A stretch of 64,000 nucleotides of DNA, taken from the IMG/VR virus record IMGVR_UViG_3300025889_000071, one strand, 5' to 3'. A program made the position numbers and the translations under genes. Source of the stretch: a virus (taxonomy: Duplodnaviria > Caudoviricetes). Numbering within the stretch: position 1 is the first letter of the stretch; each line of letters opens with the position of its first letter. Shown one piece after another: positions 35,996 through 46,482 of the stretch. The notes beneath the pieces are model-generated. The model saw only the letters and a list, made by a program, of their open reading frames with translations. It did not search any database and had not been told where the DNA came from.

Positions 35996-36666
35996 GTATA
36001 AAGTCTGATATTATCAGCTCTTTGAAGGGTTTCACTCACATACTGGGTGGAACCCTCTTTATATTTCATAAGTTCTTCCATATCATCAAGAACAACAGGA
36101 AGATACCTGTCTTTCAAAAGAAAAATTACTCTTTTATCATTATTCAATTTTTCTTCATATTCATAGTTTGTGACTGGTGATGATATATTTGCTAACTCAA
36201 CTTGAGCAGGAACACCTGAATCATAGAAACTTAAACTTTGAGTTTCATCAACTTTTATTCCTTTCGGAAAAATAATTCTTCCCTCACTATCTTTTACTTC
36301 AACTGATTCGTAATGATGTACTCCATTATATAATTCGTTATAATTTCCATATTTTCCAAGGAGATATTTTTCAAAATCATCGTTTCTTAAAGGCCATTCA
36401 TCATAGATATTTAAAATATTATTGCAAGTCAAAACAACCCAATCCAGAAAAGGATTTCCATATACTTTATCTGCAACAATGTCTGGACGATCATCACCTT
36501 CAATAATATATTTGTCAAAAAATACTAGATTTTCAAAAATATCATCTCTTATTTTTCCTTTTTTAAATAAATTTTTTACTCTTGTAAAATCACTAAGTGC
36601 TGATTTGTCACTTTTGCGATCAATGTATTCAATATCTGGAAGTTTGCGGAAGTATGAGTTTGACAT
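35992..36666 (-). CDS. g53: Baseplate wedge protein gp53
   Basis: YFRKLPDIEY, GDDRPDIVA..VYG...LDWVVL..NNI, HHYES. Confidence 0.85.
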   Translation of the reverse strand: MSNSYFRKLPDIEYIDRKSDKSALSDFTRVKNLFKKGKIRDDIFENLVFFDKYIIEGDDRPDIVADKVYGNPFLDWVVLTCNNILNIYDEWPLRNDDFEKYLLGKYGNYNELYNGVHHYESVEVKDSEGRIIFPKGIKVDETQSLSFYDSGVPAQVELANISSPVTNYEYEEKLNNDKRVIFLLKDRYLPVVLDDMEELMKYKEGSTQYVSETLQRADNIRLYT

Positions 36667-36667
36667 T

Positions 36668-38170
36668 TTAGTATCCTATACTGTAATCTGGTGAAGTTTC
36701 GTCATTACCTAGTTCTGTATAATCATCATTAAAGATTGGTTCTAATTCTTGGAATTCGAAAGAAAGTTCGTAAGAAACCATAGAACTATCCCAGTGTGTA
36801 GCATATGTTCCATCAGGAGTATAATTTACATTGAAAGAAAGTAAAGCACACTCTTTTATTCGTGGAAGATATTTGTGTGGGTTATCACCTCCTTTATCAG
36901 CATTTGTATTTCGTCTTCCATCAACAAATGTTAATCTGTATAGATTGGGAGATTGGAGGAATAGGTTGGTTGTTGTTCGTTGAACTGCCATAGATTGCTT
37001 AAACATTCTGATTATCATCAGAGCTCTTTTAGCTTCTTCAGGACTCCTTGGACTTAATTTATATGTAAAATTAAATGGTCTCAATGTGGGACCTTGAAAC
37101 AAAAGTTCTAAATTTGGATTTAATACTCCACCACCAGTTCTTGCTAAAAGACCACTAACTCCTGTTGCTTGCTCTGAAAAATATATAGAAGCTGCAGTTT
37201 GTAAATCTTTACCGGCGGCCATAAGGTTATTTTTTATAGTACTAATTGCATCAGCAGCACCTGATCCACCAGAAATGTAATTTTTTGTTGCGTTTGCTAT
37301 CTGTAATGCAATGGCATTGTCCTCTTTTCCTCCCCAATTGACCCTATTATTATCTCTGATTGCCCCTGGTGCAGGTAAAATAACTCCACCAAGTTCTTGA
37401 TCGATTCTGATTCTATCTCTACTACGGGTATCATATAACCTTGTTACATTTGTTGTTGAGGTATTAATGTCTCTTGGTTGTGATTTGTATATTTTTATTT
37501 TGAGTTGATCCTGACTATTTGAGAGATTCTCTGGATATCTTACGAGACTAGCACCTGGAATCGCGTAAGTTCCTATTTCATTTCTACTTCCATCAACTGC
37601 TTTTCCTGCGTCCAATCCGGTTAGTTGTAAATTCTTAACAGTCGGATCTGTCGGATCTGGATTGCCATCCGGATTTTGCCCGTTTGGAGGAGGAACCGAT
37701 CCTCGCTTAAAGTTTTTAGCAAATATGGCGTTTACTTGGGCATTACTTAAATTGTTTCCCGCTCTGTTTAATAAAGTTCTATATGTTTTTTTAGCATTAT
37801 TAACTGCCATTACATTTAGAGAACTTGGTCCTGAATCACGTAGATCTTTCAATATATTATCACTTAAAACATTTCCCGAAAGACCTGAAGCATTTACAAA
37901 CTTTTTGTCAGAGTTATCATAGTATTGAGAGTCCTCATATGTAATTGGGGCCCATCGTCCATCAGGATTTAATTGTGCTGCTTTGTAAAATTGATTTGAT
38001 GATCTTTCATACAATAACCATGTTGTCAGGGTTTTAGTGTCTGTGTTCAGTTCAGTATAGGTTGAAAAATAAAGTTTATTTCCATTTGGATCGCGATTCC
38101 CATTGCTGTCATATTTAAGATCAAACACTCCCTCTCTTTGAAGAACACCATTAATTCCTATTATTGCCAT
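36668..38170 (-). CDS. g48: Baseplate tail-tube cap gp48 with long N-terminal extension
   Basis: NPNLELLFQGPTLRPFNFTYKLSPRS..EA, IKECALLSFNVNYTPDG, FQELEPI. Confidence 0.85.
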   Translation of the reverse strand: MAIIGINGVLQREGVFDLKYDSNGNRDPNGNKLYFSTYTELNTDTKTLTTWLLYERSSNQFYKAAQLNPDGRWAPITYEDSQYYDNSDKKFVNASGLSGNVLSDNILKDLRDSGPSSLNVMAVNNAKKTYRTLLNRAGNNLSNAQVNAIFAKNFKRGSVPPPNGQNPDGNPDPTDPTVKNLQLTGLDAGKAVDGSRNEIGTYAIPGASLVRYPENLSNSQDQLKIKIYKSQPRDINTSTTNVTRLYDTRSRDRIRIDQELGGVILPAPGAIRDNNRVNWGGKEDNAIALQIANATKNYISGGSGAADAISTIKNNLMAAGKDLQTAASIYFSEQATGVSGLLARTGGGVLNPNLELLFQGPTLRPFNFTYKLSPRSPEEAKRALMIIRMFKQSMAVQRTTTNLFLQSPNLYRLTFVDGRRNTNADKGGDNPHKYLPRIKECALLSFNVNYTPDGTYATHWDSSMVSYELSFEFQELEPIFNDDYTELGNDETSPDYSIGY

Positions 38171-38184
38171 TACATTTATGGTTT

Positions 38185-38556
38185 TTATTTATTTAGTTTA
38201 AATTTTGCATAAGGTATTGTTAGAAGTTCATCAAGTTCATCCCATTGAACCTCATACAATTGGCCTGCAAGTTCTTCCCATGTATAATTTCTGATTGGAG
38301 ACTCTGATTCCATCTGATATTCTCTCCAATGAAAGTTGAATGCTTTAAATCCCCATCTTTGCAATTCAATACAAGCAATCAAAGGATGTTGATCATAATT
38401 AATATTTGGTGTTTTTGGATTATAGACAAAGGTATAATATTTTCCTGGTTCTGGAATAGGTTCAACTGTATCATTCAATAATTGCATAATTTCCAACATC
38501 ATATCTTCTGGATCGTTTGTTCTAAGATTGATGTCGTTTCCTTGCAATCTGCTCAT
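38185..38556 (-). CDS. gp2 (DNA end protector)-like small protein
   Basis: PGKYYTFVYNPKT...YDQHPLI, FNFHW; located between g48 and g4. Confidence 0.45.
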   Translation of the reverse strand: MSRLQGNDINLRTNDPEDMMLEIMQLLNDTVEPIPEPGKYYTFVYNPKTPNINYDQHPLIACIELQRWGFKAFNFHWREYQMESESPIRNYTWEELAGQLYEVQWDELDELLTIPYAKFKLNK

Positions 38557-38996
38557 TTGATTCCTAGTTCGTTTTCGGTGATGATTTTAAATTCTATTTT
38601 TCGATCAGCACACCATTCTCTTGCAGCTTTCCATTTTGCCTGATTTATAGAATAGGTAACACATTCATAAAGATATGATTTAGTTTGTCGTTTTGGTTGT
38701 TTTGGTGGAACAGTTTGTTTCTTTGGTTTTACTTCAACAACATATGTTTTTATTGATCCGTTTGTTTCTTTTACTTTAACCAAGTAATCTGGAAAATAAC
38801 GATGAATTCTATTATCTGCAGGAGATACATATGGAATACAAAATTCTTCTGAAGCCCAAGAAATTATATTTTCATTTGTATCACACCACTTACAGAATCT
38901 TCTTTCCCAAGAACTTCTACAGATAATGTTTTTCCAATCTCCTTTATATTTTTGTGGATTTGAAGGAATATATTTGCTTTTAATACTTTCTGCCAT
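38553..38996 (-). CDS. g4: Head completion nuclease gp4 (TnsA-like fold)
   Basis: NPQKYKGD, RSSWERRFC.WCD, HRYFPD, VEVKPKKQT, NQAKWKAA; TATAAATA on minus strand at 39030-37. Confidence 0.9.
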   Translation of the reverse strand: MAESIKSKYIPSNPQKYKGDWKNIICRSSWERRFCKWCDTNENIISWASEEFCIPYVSPADNRIHRYFPDYLVKVKETNGSIKTYVVEVKPKKQTVPPKQPKRQTKSYLYECVTYSINQAKWKAAREWCADRKIEFKIITENELGIK

Positions 38997-39038
38997 TATC
39001 TTGCCTACATAATATACAAGATCAAAAAGTATTTATAG

Positions 39039-40139
39039 ATGTCTTTAACGGGACCACAATCAATTAGTAAGATCAAATCAACCCTGTTGTCACCAGCAAC
39101 AACTTCTCATTTTGTGGTATCTATACAGAAACCAAATGAACTCAATTCAGATAAAGAAACGGTGGTAGAAACGGGAACTGGTTCAATAGCTAGAGATTTT
39201 GCAAGTTATTTGGCTCAACAAGGAATTACTAGAGATATTAATTCTATAGAATATTTAAATTTAGCTTGTTCTGATGCTTCTTTACCAGGTTCTAGTCTTG
39301 CGACTAGTGAAATAACCGGAGATTATCACGGAGTTACTGAAAGACATGCATATCGTAGAATTTATGATGATAGAATTGACTTAACTTTTTATGTTGATGC
39401 AAAAAAATACTATGCAATTCGCTTTTTTGAAGCATGGATAAGATATATTATGTCCGAAACATATACGGGGACTGCAGATCAACAAGGAAGAAGTGATGAT
39501 GAGAAGAATTTATTTTATAGGTCTAGATATCCCAGTCAGTATACAACAAATCTAGAAATTACGAAATTTGAGAAGGATAATATTTCAGGCAATAAACCAA
39601 GTTTAAAGTATAGACTTTACAATACATATCCCGTGTCTATTGCATCAATGCCAGTTTCTTATGATGCAAGTTCTCTTTTAAAATGTACAGTTTCAATGAA
39701 CTACAGTCGGTATTCTCTTATTCCTACTAACAGTAGTTTTGGAACATTTGGAGGAAATGCCAAATCAGCAAACGAAAATCCCAATTCCCCAGAAGGAACT
39801 GGGGATAATAGTAATCAGTCTGAATTTAGGACTGTACCTAATAATATAGATTTTGGAAGAACAATACCTGCTGATCGGATTAGTGCAACTAATGCATTTA
39901 ATGCATCATTACCTGCTTACGATTTCAATCAATCATTGAACACTACTCCATTAAATATTACTAATACCAGAACTTTCGATCTCAATAAAGATTTTTACAC
40001 TGGAGGATATGGTAATCCAGAAGACGGTCCACCAGAACGACAATCAATTCAGAGTCAAATTGGTGAATTACAGGAAATGGCGGAAAGATCTCAACAACGC
40101 CAAGCTGCCAATTCTAGAGGTGGTGCATCTGCAGAATAA
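39039..40139 (+). CDS. g54: Baseplate tail-tube initiator (gp54/gp19-like)
   Basis: LACSDASLPGSSLAT, YRRIYDDRIDLTFYVD, FFEAW..YI, TYPVSIASMPVSYD. Confidence 0.7.
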   Translation: MSLTGPQSISKIKSTLLSPATTSHFVVSIQKPNELNSDKETVVETGTGSIARDFASYLAQQGITRDINSIEYLNLACSDASLPGSSLATSEITGDYHGVTERHAYRRIYDDRIDLTFYVDAKKYYAIRFFEAWIRYIMSETYTGTADQQGRSDDEKNLFYRSRYPSQYTTNLEITKFEKDNISGNKPSLKYRLYNTYPVSIASMPVSYDASSLLKCTVSMNYSRYSLIPTNSSFGTFGGNAKSANENPNSPEGTGDNSNQSEFRTVPNNIDFGRTIPADRISATNAFNASLPAYDFNQSLNTTPLNITNTRTFDLNKDFYTGGYGNPEDGPPERQSIQSQIGELQEMAERSQQRQAANSRGGASAE

Positions 40140-40223
40140 TATCAGAACAGCACTACTCTTCTAATAATAACTTCAAATCACTCAACTAAATAATATCAAC
40201 TGATTTTTTCATATTAGGACATT

Positions 40224-40943
40224 ATGCCTTTACCAAAAATTTCTACACCAACTTATGAACTTGAGTTGCCATCTACAGGTCAAACAATTGAATACAGACC
40301 CTTTCTAGTCAAGGAAGAGAAGGTATTAGTGATTGCTCTGGAAAGTGAAGATACTAAACAGATTACAAATTCAATTAAAACAGTTATTAGAAATTGTATT
40401 CTTACGAAAGGAATTAAAGTAGAGTCTTTACCAACTTTTGATATTGAATACTTGTTTCTGAATATTAGAGGTAAATCTGTTGGGGAAGATGTTGAAGTCA
40501 ATGTTATTTGTCCCGATGACCGTGAAACAAAGGTTATGGTAAACATCAATCTTGATGATATTAAGGTTCAAAAGGATGAAAATCATACAAATAGAATTAA
40601 ACTTGATAATTCTATTATGATGGAAATGAAATACCCATCTCTTGATGAGTTTATCAAAAACAATTTTGATTTCTCTAATGAATCTTCTATGGACCAATCA
40701 TTTACACTGATTTCTTCCTGTATTGATAAAATTTATACTGAAGAGGAAGTTTGGGCTGCAGGAGATTTTACAAAGAAAGAAGTTAATGAGTTTCTTGAGT
40801 CTATGAATTCTTCGCAATTCAAAGAAATTGAAAAGTTCTTTGAAACTATGCCCAAGTTATTACATAAAATTGAAGTTACAAATCCAAAAACGAAAGTAAA
40901 AAGTGAAGTTGTTTTAGAAGGGTTATCATCTTTTTTCTCATAA
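40224..40943 (+). CDS. g26: Baseplate hub subunit gp26
   Basis: MPLPKISTPTYELELPS, YRPFLVKEEK, FDIEYLFLNIRGKSVGE, FFETMPKL, LEGLSSFF. Confidence 0.9.
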   Translation: MPLPKISTPTYELELPSTGQTIEYRPFLVKEEKVLVIALESEDTKQITNSIKTVIRNCILTKGIKVESLPTFDIEYLFLNIRGKSVGEDVEVNVICPDDRETKVMVNINLDDIKVQKDENHTNRIKLDNSIMMEMKYPSLDEFIKNNFDFSNESSMDQSFTLISSCIDKIYTEEEVWAAGDFTKKEVNEFLESMNSSQFKEIEKFFETMPKLLHKIEVTNPKTKVKSEVVLEGLSSFFS

Positions 40944-40945
40944 GT

Positions 40946-41134
40946 ATGATTCATATGAATTTGGAGTCTTACTTCAAATTAAATTTTTCTTTGATGCAGT
41001 ATCATAAATATTCTTTGACTGAAATTGAAAATATGATTCCGTGGGAGAGAGACGTTTATGTTGGTCTTCTACAACAACACTTGGAAGAAGAACAGTTGAA
41101 ACAACAACAGCAGCAAAGAAATGCCAGGTTCTAA
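40946..41134 (+). CDS. g51: Baseplate hub assembly protein gp51
   Basis: YFKLNFSLMQYHKYSLTEIENMIPWERDVYV.LL. Confidence 0.85.
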   Translation: MIHMNLESYFKLNFSLMQYHKYSLTEIENMIPWERDVYVGLLQQHLEEEQLKQQQQQRNARF

Positions 41135-43532
41135 AGCAGAAAAGTTAAGAAAGGCATATGAGTTTAAACTCGGAAAGAGCTTAGTATCTAAACTTTCCGA
41201 CGATCAAATTAACTTACTTTCTAAATTTTATAATTCTTTAAGTGAATCTGAACAGAGTGATATTGATAATAAAATTTTCAAGGGGCATACTGATACTGAT
41301 CTCCATGAAATGGCAGAGGCATTTTATCAGGAACAGGTAGAAAATAAGGAATCAAAAGAAACTCCAAAAGAAACTCCAAAAGAGACTCCAACAAAATCAT
41401 CTGCGATTGTTCCATCAAATTTTTTCGGAAAAGGTAGATATGAAAAATATCTTGAGGAGATTAATGCTCAAGGGACAATAGAGGGGCATCAATTAACATC
41501 ACAAGAAAGAAAAGAAGCATTTAAGAGTAGAAAAAATAAAATTAATTTTGAAACTTTTGTCGATAAAGTATTAGAAAAAAAAGTTGCAGCTGCATCAGTT
41601 TCAAACACAAATGTATCAAAGTCGTTGATGGGTGGAGGAACTCTTGCGACTGTTGAAAACATAAAAAATACTGTAAATCAGAGCGTATCTACGGGTGAAG
41701 ATTATACTGAAATTTTAGGGAAGATAGATGAAATAATAGATGTTCTTAAGAAAGAGCAGAAACTTAAAGAAAAGATTGAAAATACTAAAAGGAAAGAAAA
41801 AGAAAAACGCAAGAGAAAAGGTGCTGAATCTAATTTAGAAAAAGGATTTAAAGCAGCAAGGAAAGCAGTTGAAAAAGTTGTTGCTCCAGTAAAAGGTATT
41901 TTAGATAGAATTATAAATTTCTTCTTAACTGTTCTGATGGGAAGAGCAGTTGTTAAGTTGATTGATTGGTTCTCTGATGAAAAAAATAAATCAAAAGTAG
42001 ATTCTATTTTTAGATTTTTAGGTGAAAATTGGCCTAAACTTTTAGCTCTCTTTCTTGTCTTTAAAACTGGACTTGGAAAATTTGCAAGAAGTTTAATTAG
42101 ACTTGTAATTAAAGGAACTGCAAGATTAGTTGCTGCAACTGCAGCATTACTAGCAAAAGCAGTTGGTGGTAAAATTGGAGGAAAATTTGGGAAATTTAGC
42201 AAATTCCTTGGAGGAAGGAAAGGAAAACTTTTAACTGCTGGTCTTGAAGTTGCTGCTGTTACTGGTGGCACAATGTTACTAGGTAATCAAATTGAAAATG
42301 TATTTAAAGTTGACTCCCCACCAGAAGAAGGTGAAGAAACTAAAACTCAAAATTATAAAGGTGGGGGAATGGTTTTCCCACAATTTAAAATGCCATCATT
42401 TTTACATTTATTCAAAGGTTCAGAATATGATGGTGATGAAGAAAAACAAAGTTCAGAAAAACCTCAAGGTTATGTGAGTGGAGAGAAGGGCGTAGATAAA
42501 GTTCCTGCCATGCTTTCTGATGGCGAATTTGTGATGTCAACAGGTGCTGTTGAAAGATATGGAATTGATACTCTCGAATCAATGAATGCAGCTGGCGGTG
42601 GTGACAATAATCCAAAAATAAAAAGTGGAAAAATATTTGCTTCTGGTGGTGGTTTTATTAATTCTGCATTACATCATTTAAAGAAAGACGAAGCATTATC
42701 ATCGCTGACAAGGGGGAAAAATGACCATATTAAACCGGGAGGAATGAGTGTTGTTTCCAATACTAACTGGTCATCAATAACACCATCAACTCCAATATAC
42801 GCATATCATACTGGAATTTCTGGAGACCGTCCTACAATAGGATGGGGTTCTACATTCTATGATAGTATATTGAATGGAAAAAAACCAGTAAGGCCTGGGG
42901 ATCAAATTACAAAATCAAAAGCAGATGAAATTTTAAAGGAAAATATAACAGACCTTTATAATACATACAATAAAATAATTCCACTATTTAAACATTTTAG
43001 TGATAATCAAAAAGCAGGTCTTTTAGTATTAGGATACAATGCACCTTATGCTCCTATTGGTGGTTATCCAAATCTAACAAAGGCATTGTTAGACGGTAAT
43101 ATGGCGGCTGCTGCAAATAATATATACCGAGAAGGTCCGAATGCTGAAAGGATTGCATTAGAAAAAGGACTAATATTAAGTGGACCTCCAGTAGTAAAAG
43201 GTCCAAAAATAGTCGGTCCAAAAATAGTCGGTGAAAAAAAAGTTGGTTCTGGAATTCCATTTTTTCCAGATCTTACCATTCAAAATATGTTTAAACCAAA
43301 ACCTTATTTTAGTGGAGGATTAATTACTGGTGCGGGGTCTCAAAAAGGCCTCCCATCAATTCCACCACCAATGAGTTCAAATGTTCAGGTCGAATACGTT
43401 CCTATAGATGCAATGAAAGGAAATTCACCTCCAGTAGTAGCAAGTAGTTATGGTGGTTCTGATATTCCATCATTCTCTGCTTCAGCACCTGGACCTGATT
43501 ATAAGAGACAAACATTAGGTATTACTGCATAG
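41121..43532 (+). CDS. Tail tape-measure/hub-like protein with GH24-like lysozyme domain
   Basis: Lys/Glu coiled-coil and Ala/Gly helices; DKVPAMLSDGEFV; EALSSL...PTIGWGST...ITKSKADEIL...NQKAGLLVLGYN. Confidence 0.65.
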   Translation: MPGSKAEKLRKAYEFKLGKSLVSKLSDDQINLLSKFYNSLSESEQSDIDNKIFKGHTDTDLHEMAEAFYQEQVENKESKETPKETPKETPTKSSAIVPSNFFGKGRYEKYLEEINAQGTIEGHQLTSQERKEAFKSRKNKINFETFVDKVLEKKVAAASVSNTNVSKSLMGGGTLATVENIKNTVNQSVSTGEDYTEILGKIDEIIDVLKKEQKLKEKIENTKRKEKEKRKRKGAESNLEKGFKAARKAVEKVVAPVKGILDRIINFFLTVLMGRAVVKLIDWFSDEKNKSKVDSIFRFLGENWPKLLALFLVFKTGLGKFARSLIRLVIKGTARLVAATAALLAKAVGGKIGGKFGKFSKFLGGRKGKLLTAGLEVAAVTGGTMLLGNQIENVFKVDSPPEEGEETKTQNYKGGGMVFPQFKMPSFLHLFKGSEYDGDEEKQSSEKPQGYVSGEKGVDKVPAMLSDGEFVMSTGAVERYGIDTLESMNAAGGGDNNPKIKSGKIFASGGGFINSALHHLKKDEALSSLTRGKNDHIKPGGMSVVSNTNWSSITPSTPIYAYHTGISGDRPTIGWGSTFYDSILNGKKPVRPGDQITKSKADEILKENITDLYNTYNKIIPLFKHFSDNQKAGLLVLGYNAPYAPIGGYPNLTKALLDGNMAAAANNIYREGPNAERIALEKGLILSGPPVVKGPKIVGPKIVGEKKVGSGIPFFPDLTIQNMFKPKPYFSGGLITGAGSQKGLPSIPPPMSSNVQVEYVPIDAMKGNSPPVVASSYGGSDIPSFSASAPGPDYKRQTLGITA

Positions 43533-43536
43533 GACA

Positions 43537-46482
43537 ATGATTAATACTAAAAAACTCTTACCATCTAGTACAAGTTCTCTTGCAAAAATTTCCAATTCTG
43601 GTAATAGATATTCTAATTTTAACGTTGGTCCTGAAAAAAAATCTAATGGAGTATCAGAAGTTAGTGATAAATTAACCAATATTCATAAATTTTTAAAAGG
43701 TTCTGTTGCTTTTGATAAAAAAGTAGAAGATGATAGGAAAAAAGAAGATGAAGCAGGCAAAAGACAAAAAGAAGAAGAAAAACTAGAGAAGAAAGAAGAT
43801 AAACAAAAATCTAAAAAGAAAGTTAATCTACCAAAAATTGGATTTTTGGATAGAATTAAAAATTTCATTACCAATGTTCTTTTAGGATTTTTTGTTGTTC
43901 GTTTAATTGATCATCTTCCAGCAATACTAGAGTTTTCTAAAAATTTATTCTCAATTGGGGAGTTTGTTCTTGATTTTAGTGGAAAAATACTTGATGGATT
44001 AGTTTCATTTATTGATTGGGGATATAAAGCTAGCGATGGTACTGAAAAGTTTTTAAAGAGTTGGGGTGGTGATAATGCTGTAGAAGTATTTGAAGCATTT
44101 AATGGAGCAATAGGAAAACTGATTGATGTTGCCATCATTGCAGGTTTTGCGATGGCAGATCAAGGACAAGGTGGTGTTCTCGATATTGCTGGAGACATGA
44201 TCTCCGACAAACTTACACAAAGGGCAGGACAACAGGTTGCTGGTAAAGCAGTAGCAAAAGGTGCTGGTATTGGTGCAGGAACAGCAGCTGCTATTGTTGG
44301 TGGTGTTGGATTACTTGCTTCTGCATTAGGTGAAGGTGCTTTTCAACTCAGAGGAACTGGAAAAAATATTGAGAAAGCAGCAAAAAGTGAGTATGATAAA
44401 CATAAAGACAAATGGGCAGTAGATCCAAGAAGAATTGCTTCTTGGGGTATGTATAAATTGGCTCAATTTGGTAATATGTCACTTAGTACAGTTGGATTTT
44501 TACTTGATGTTGTTGGTGCTCCATTTAGATATGCAATAGAATTAATTCGTTATCCATTTTTAAGTGAGCAAGATAAAGAAAAACAAGCACATAATCTTGC
44601 AAAATTTGATGCAAGAATTCGTGAAGATGTGAGAGAAGCATTGAATATGGTGACTCTGGGCATGGCCTTTAAAGAGAAAGGTTCCTTCGGTAATATGTTT
44701 GGTAATGATGCAGCCCAGAAGGAAATGATGGGTAAAATGCAAGGAGGTGGTTCTTTAACTAGAAAAGGTAATAGGGTTACAAGAAAAATACCAAAAGCAA
44801 AACAAAAACAAATTGCAAGAAGACCTGCAAAGATTCAAGTTCCAAAAACACCTGGTGGAGACATTGGTGGCAAAGAAAAATATGCAACACATTTTCCAAA
44901 GTATGATCCAGAAAAACCAAGTGCAACCACAATAGTTACAAAAGCAAATGAAGGATTTAATAATGTAGATTATTTTGGACCTATTTTGAGCATTGCGTCT
45001 AAAATTATTCTTGGAGAGAGACCAAAAGCTGAAGATTATCGAAATGTTGGTCTAGGGATCAATAGAATGTTTGTTATGGGTATGAATGACGGTATTATCA
45101 ATATTACTCAAGTGAAAAAATTTGCTGGTGGAGGAGCAGTTAATAATTCTGGAATACCGATGGATCTTTCGAAATGGACTGAAAGAACGATTGAAAAATC
45201 TTTAACTAAAGAACTTTCAAGAACTTTTCAGAAAATGAATATTGCTGCTGGTCAATCTCCCTCTACGCCCCCAAGAAATCTTGATCCATCAGCGAGAGCG
45301 GGCGGATTGTATGGAGGATATCAAGTAAATCAGGGAATTCAAAAAGAAATATATGAGTATTTGATTAATGAGAAGAAATTGAATGACTATCAGGCTCTTG
45401 GTTTGATGGCAAATATCAGTAGGGAGAGTAGTTTTAATCCAGCGGTAAATACGGGAGATGGTGGAAATTCATGGGGATTATTTCAGTGGAATCATGGTGC
45501 TGGAAGAAGAGATCCATTTGTTGCCGCAGTACCTGATTGGCAAACGAATTGGAAAGCACAAATTGATTATGCTTTGGATGGTGAAGCAGCATATAGAAAC
45601 GTACAATTGAAATTTAAAACCACTCAATGGTCTAGTGCTTATGCTGCAGCAGAATATTGGATGAGAGAATTTGAAAATCCTGCAGACAAGGCAGGTGCTA
45701 ATGCATATCATCAACGTTATTTAGCTAGCGTTCCTAAAGGACCGACCGGATCTGCACAATTCAGAGCAAAAACTACAACTGGAGGTTCGGGCAGTTTTAA
45801 TGTTATTCAATATTTAACGGGTGATACCACATATAGGGCAGGTCCTGGGGTTGATTCAAATCAGTTTTACTATGATCCGGGTCATGGTGGTAATAATTAT
45901 CATGAACATTTTGGATTCAATAATGTTGACGATAAAATTATGGCAATGGAACACTTGGAAAACCAAGGTTTTGAAATTGGCAGTCAAAATCGAAGAAATG
46001 ATCCTGGTCTACATGGAAGCAATCTTGCTTTTGATGTTCCATTTTATAAACCAAGTGGTGGAACACAAAAAGGATTTTCTGATGACACTGCAGGAGAACA
46101 AGCATTTAGTGCAGCAGTTAGAGCATCTATGGGTATGTTTCATGGAGGATCAACAGGAAAAGGTGGTATTATATTCACCCATCCAGGTGAATACATAATA
46201 GATAAGGACAGTGTAGATTTACTTGGAACAGATTTTTTTGATATTATAAATCAAATTGAAAATGAAAGTCACCTTAAACAAAAGTCTGGTTTATTGATTT
46301 CACGATTGTCTCAATATGCTTCATATGACCAAAGAACAAAGAAAACCGTTGTAGTTCCAATACCGCAACCTCAACAACCAATTCCATATCCAGTTACTGG
46401 AAATTCATCTTCAGCAATGTCTGGTGTCTTACCAGTAGGAGGAACTGAAGATGCATTCAAGCAATTATACATGGGTAACTAA
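43537..46482 (+). CDS. Large tape-measure/hub-like protein with phage tail lysozyme-like domain
   Basis: ALGLMANISRESSFNP...WGLFQWN...YWMREFENP; second His-rich domain (HGGNNYHEHFGF...LHGSNLAFDV). Confidence 0.65.
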   Translation: MINTKKLLPSSTSSLAKISNSGNRYSNFNVGPEKKSNGVSEVSDKLTNIHKFLKGSVAFDKKVEDDRKKEDEAGKRQKEEEKLEKKEDKQKSKKKVNLPKIGFLDRIKNFITNVLLGFFVVRLIDHLPAILEFSKNLFSIGEFVLDFSGKILDGLVSFIDWGYKASDGTEKFLKSWGGDNAVEVFEAFNGAIGKLIDVAIIAGFAMADQGQGGVLDIAGDMISDKLTQRAGQQVAGKAVAKGAGIGAGTAAAIVGGVGLLASALGEGAFQLRGTGKNIEKAAKSEYDKHKDKWAVDPRRIASWGMYKLAQFGNMSLSTVGFLLDVVGAPFRYAIELIRYPFLSEQDKEKQAHNLAKFDARIREDVREALNMVTLGMAFKEKGSFGNMFGNDAAQKEMMGKMQGGGSLTRKGNRVTRKIPKAKQKQIARRPAKIQVPKTPGGDIGGKEKYATHFPKYDPEKPSATTIVTKANEGFNNVDYFGPILSIASKIILGERPKAEDYRNVGLGINRMFVMGMNDGIINITQVKKFAGGGAVNNSGIPMDLSKWTERTIEKSLTKELSRTFQKMNIAAGQSPSTPPRNLDPSARAGGLYGGYQVNQGIQKEIYEYLINEKKLNDYQALGLMANISRESSFNPAVNTGDGGNSWGLFQWNHGAGRRDPFVAAVPDWQTNWKAQIDYALDGEAAYRNVQLKFKTTQWSSAYAAAEYWMREFENPADKAGANAYHQRYLASVPKGPTGSAQFRAKTTTGGSGSFNVIQYLTGDTTYRAGPGVDSNQFYYDPGHGGNNYHEHFGFNNVDDKIMAMEHLENQGFEIGSQNRRNDPGLHGSNLAFDVPFYKPSGGTQKGFSDDTAGEQAFSAAVRASMGMFHGGSTGKGGIIFTHPGEYIIDKDSVDLLGTDFFDIINQIENESHLKQKSGLLISRLSQYASYDQRTKKTVVVPIPQPQQPIPYPVTGNSSSAMSGVLPVGGTEDAFKQLYMGN

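Noticed and set aside
41350-41395. KETP x3 micro-repeat (and GGNQNL x2 in gp5)
   Set aside because: Short slippage repeats in linker regions; no evidence of function
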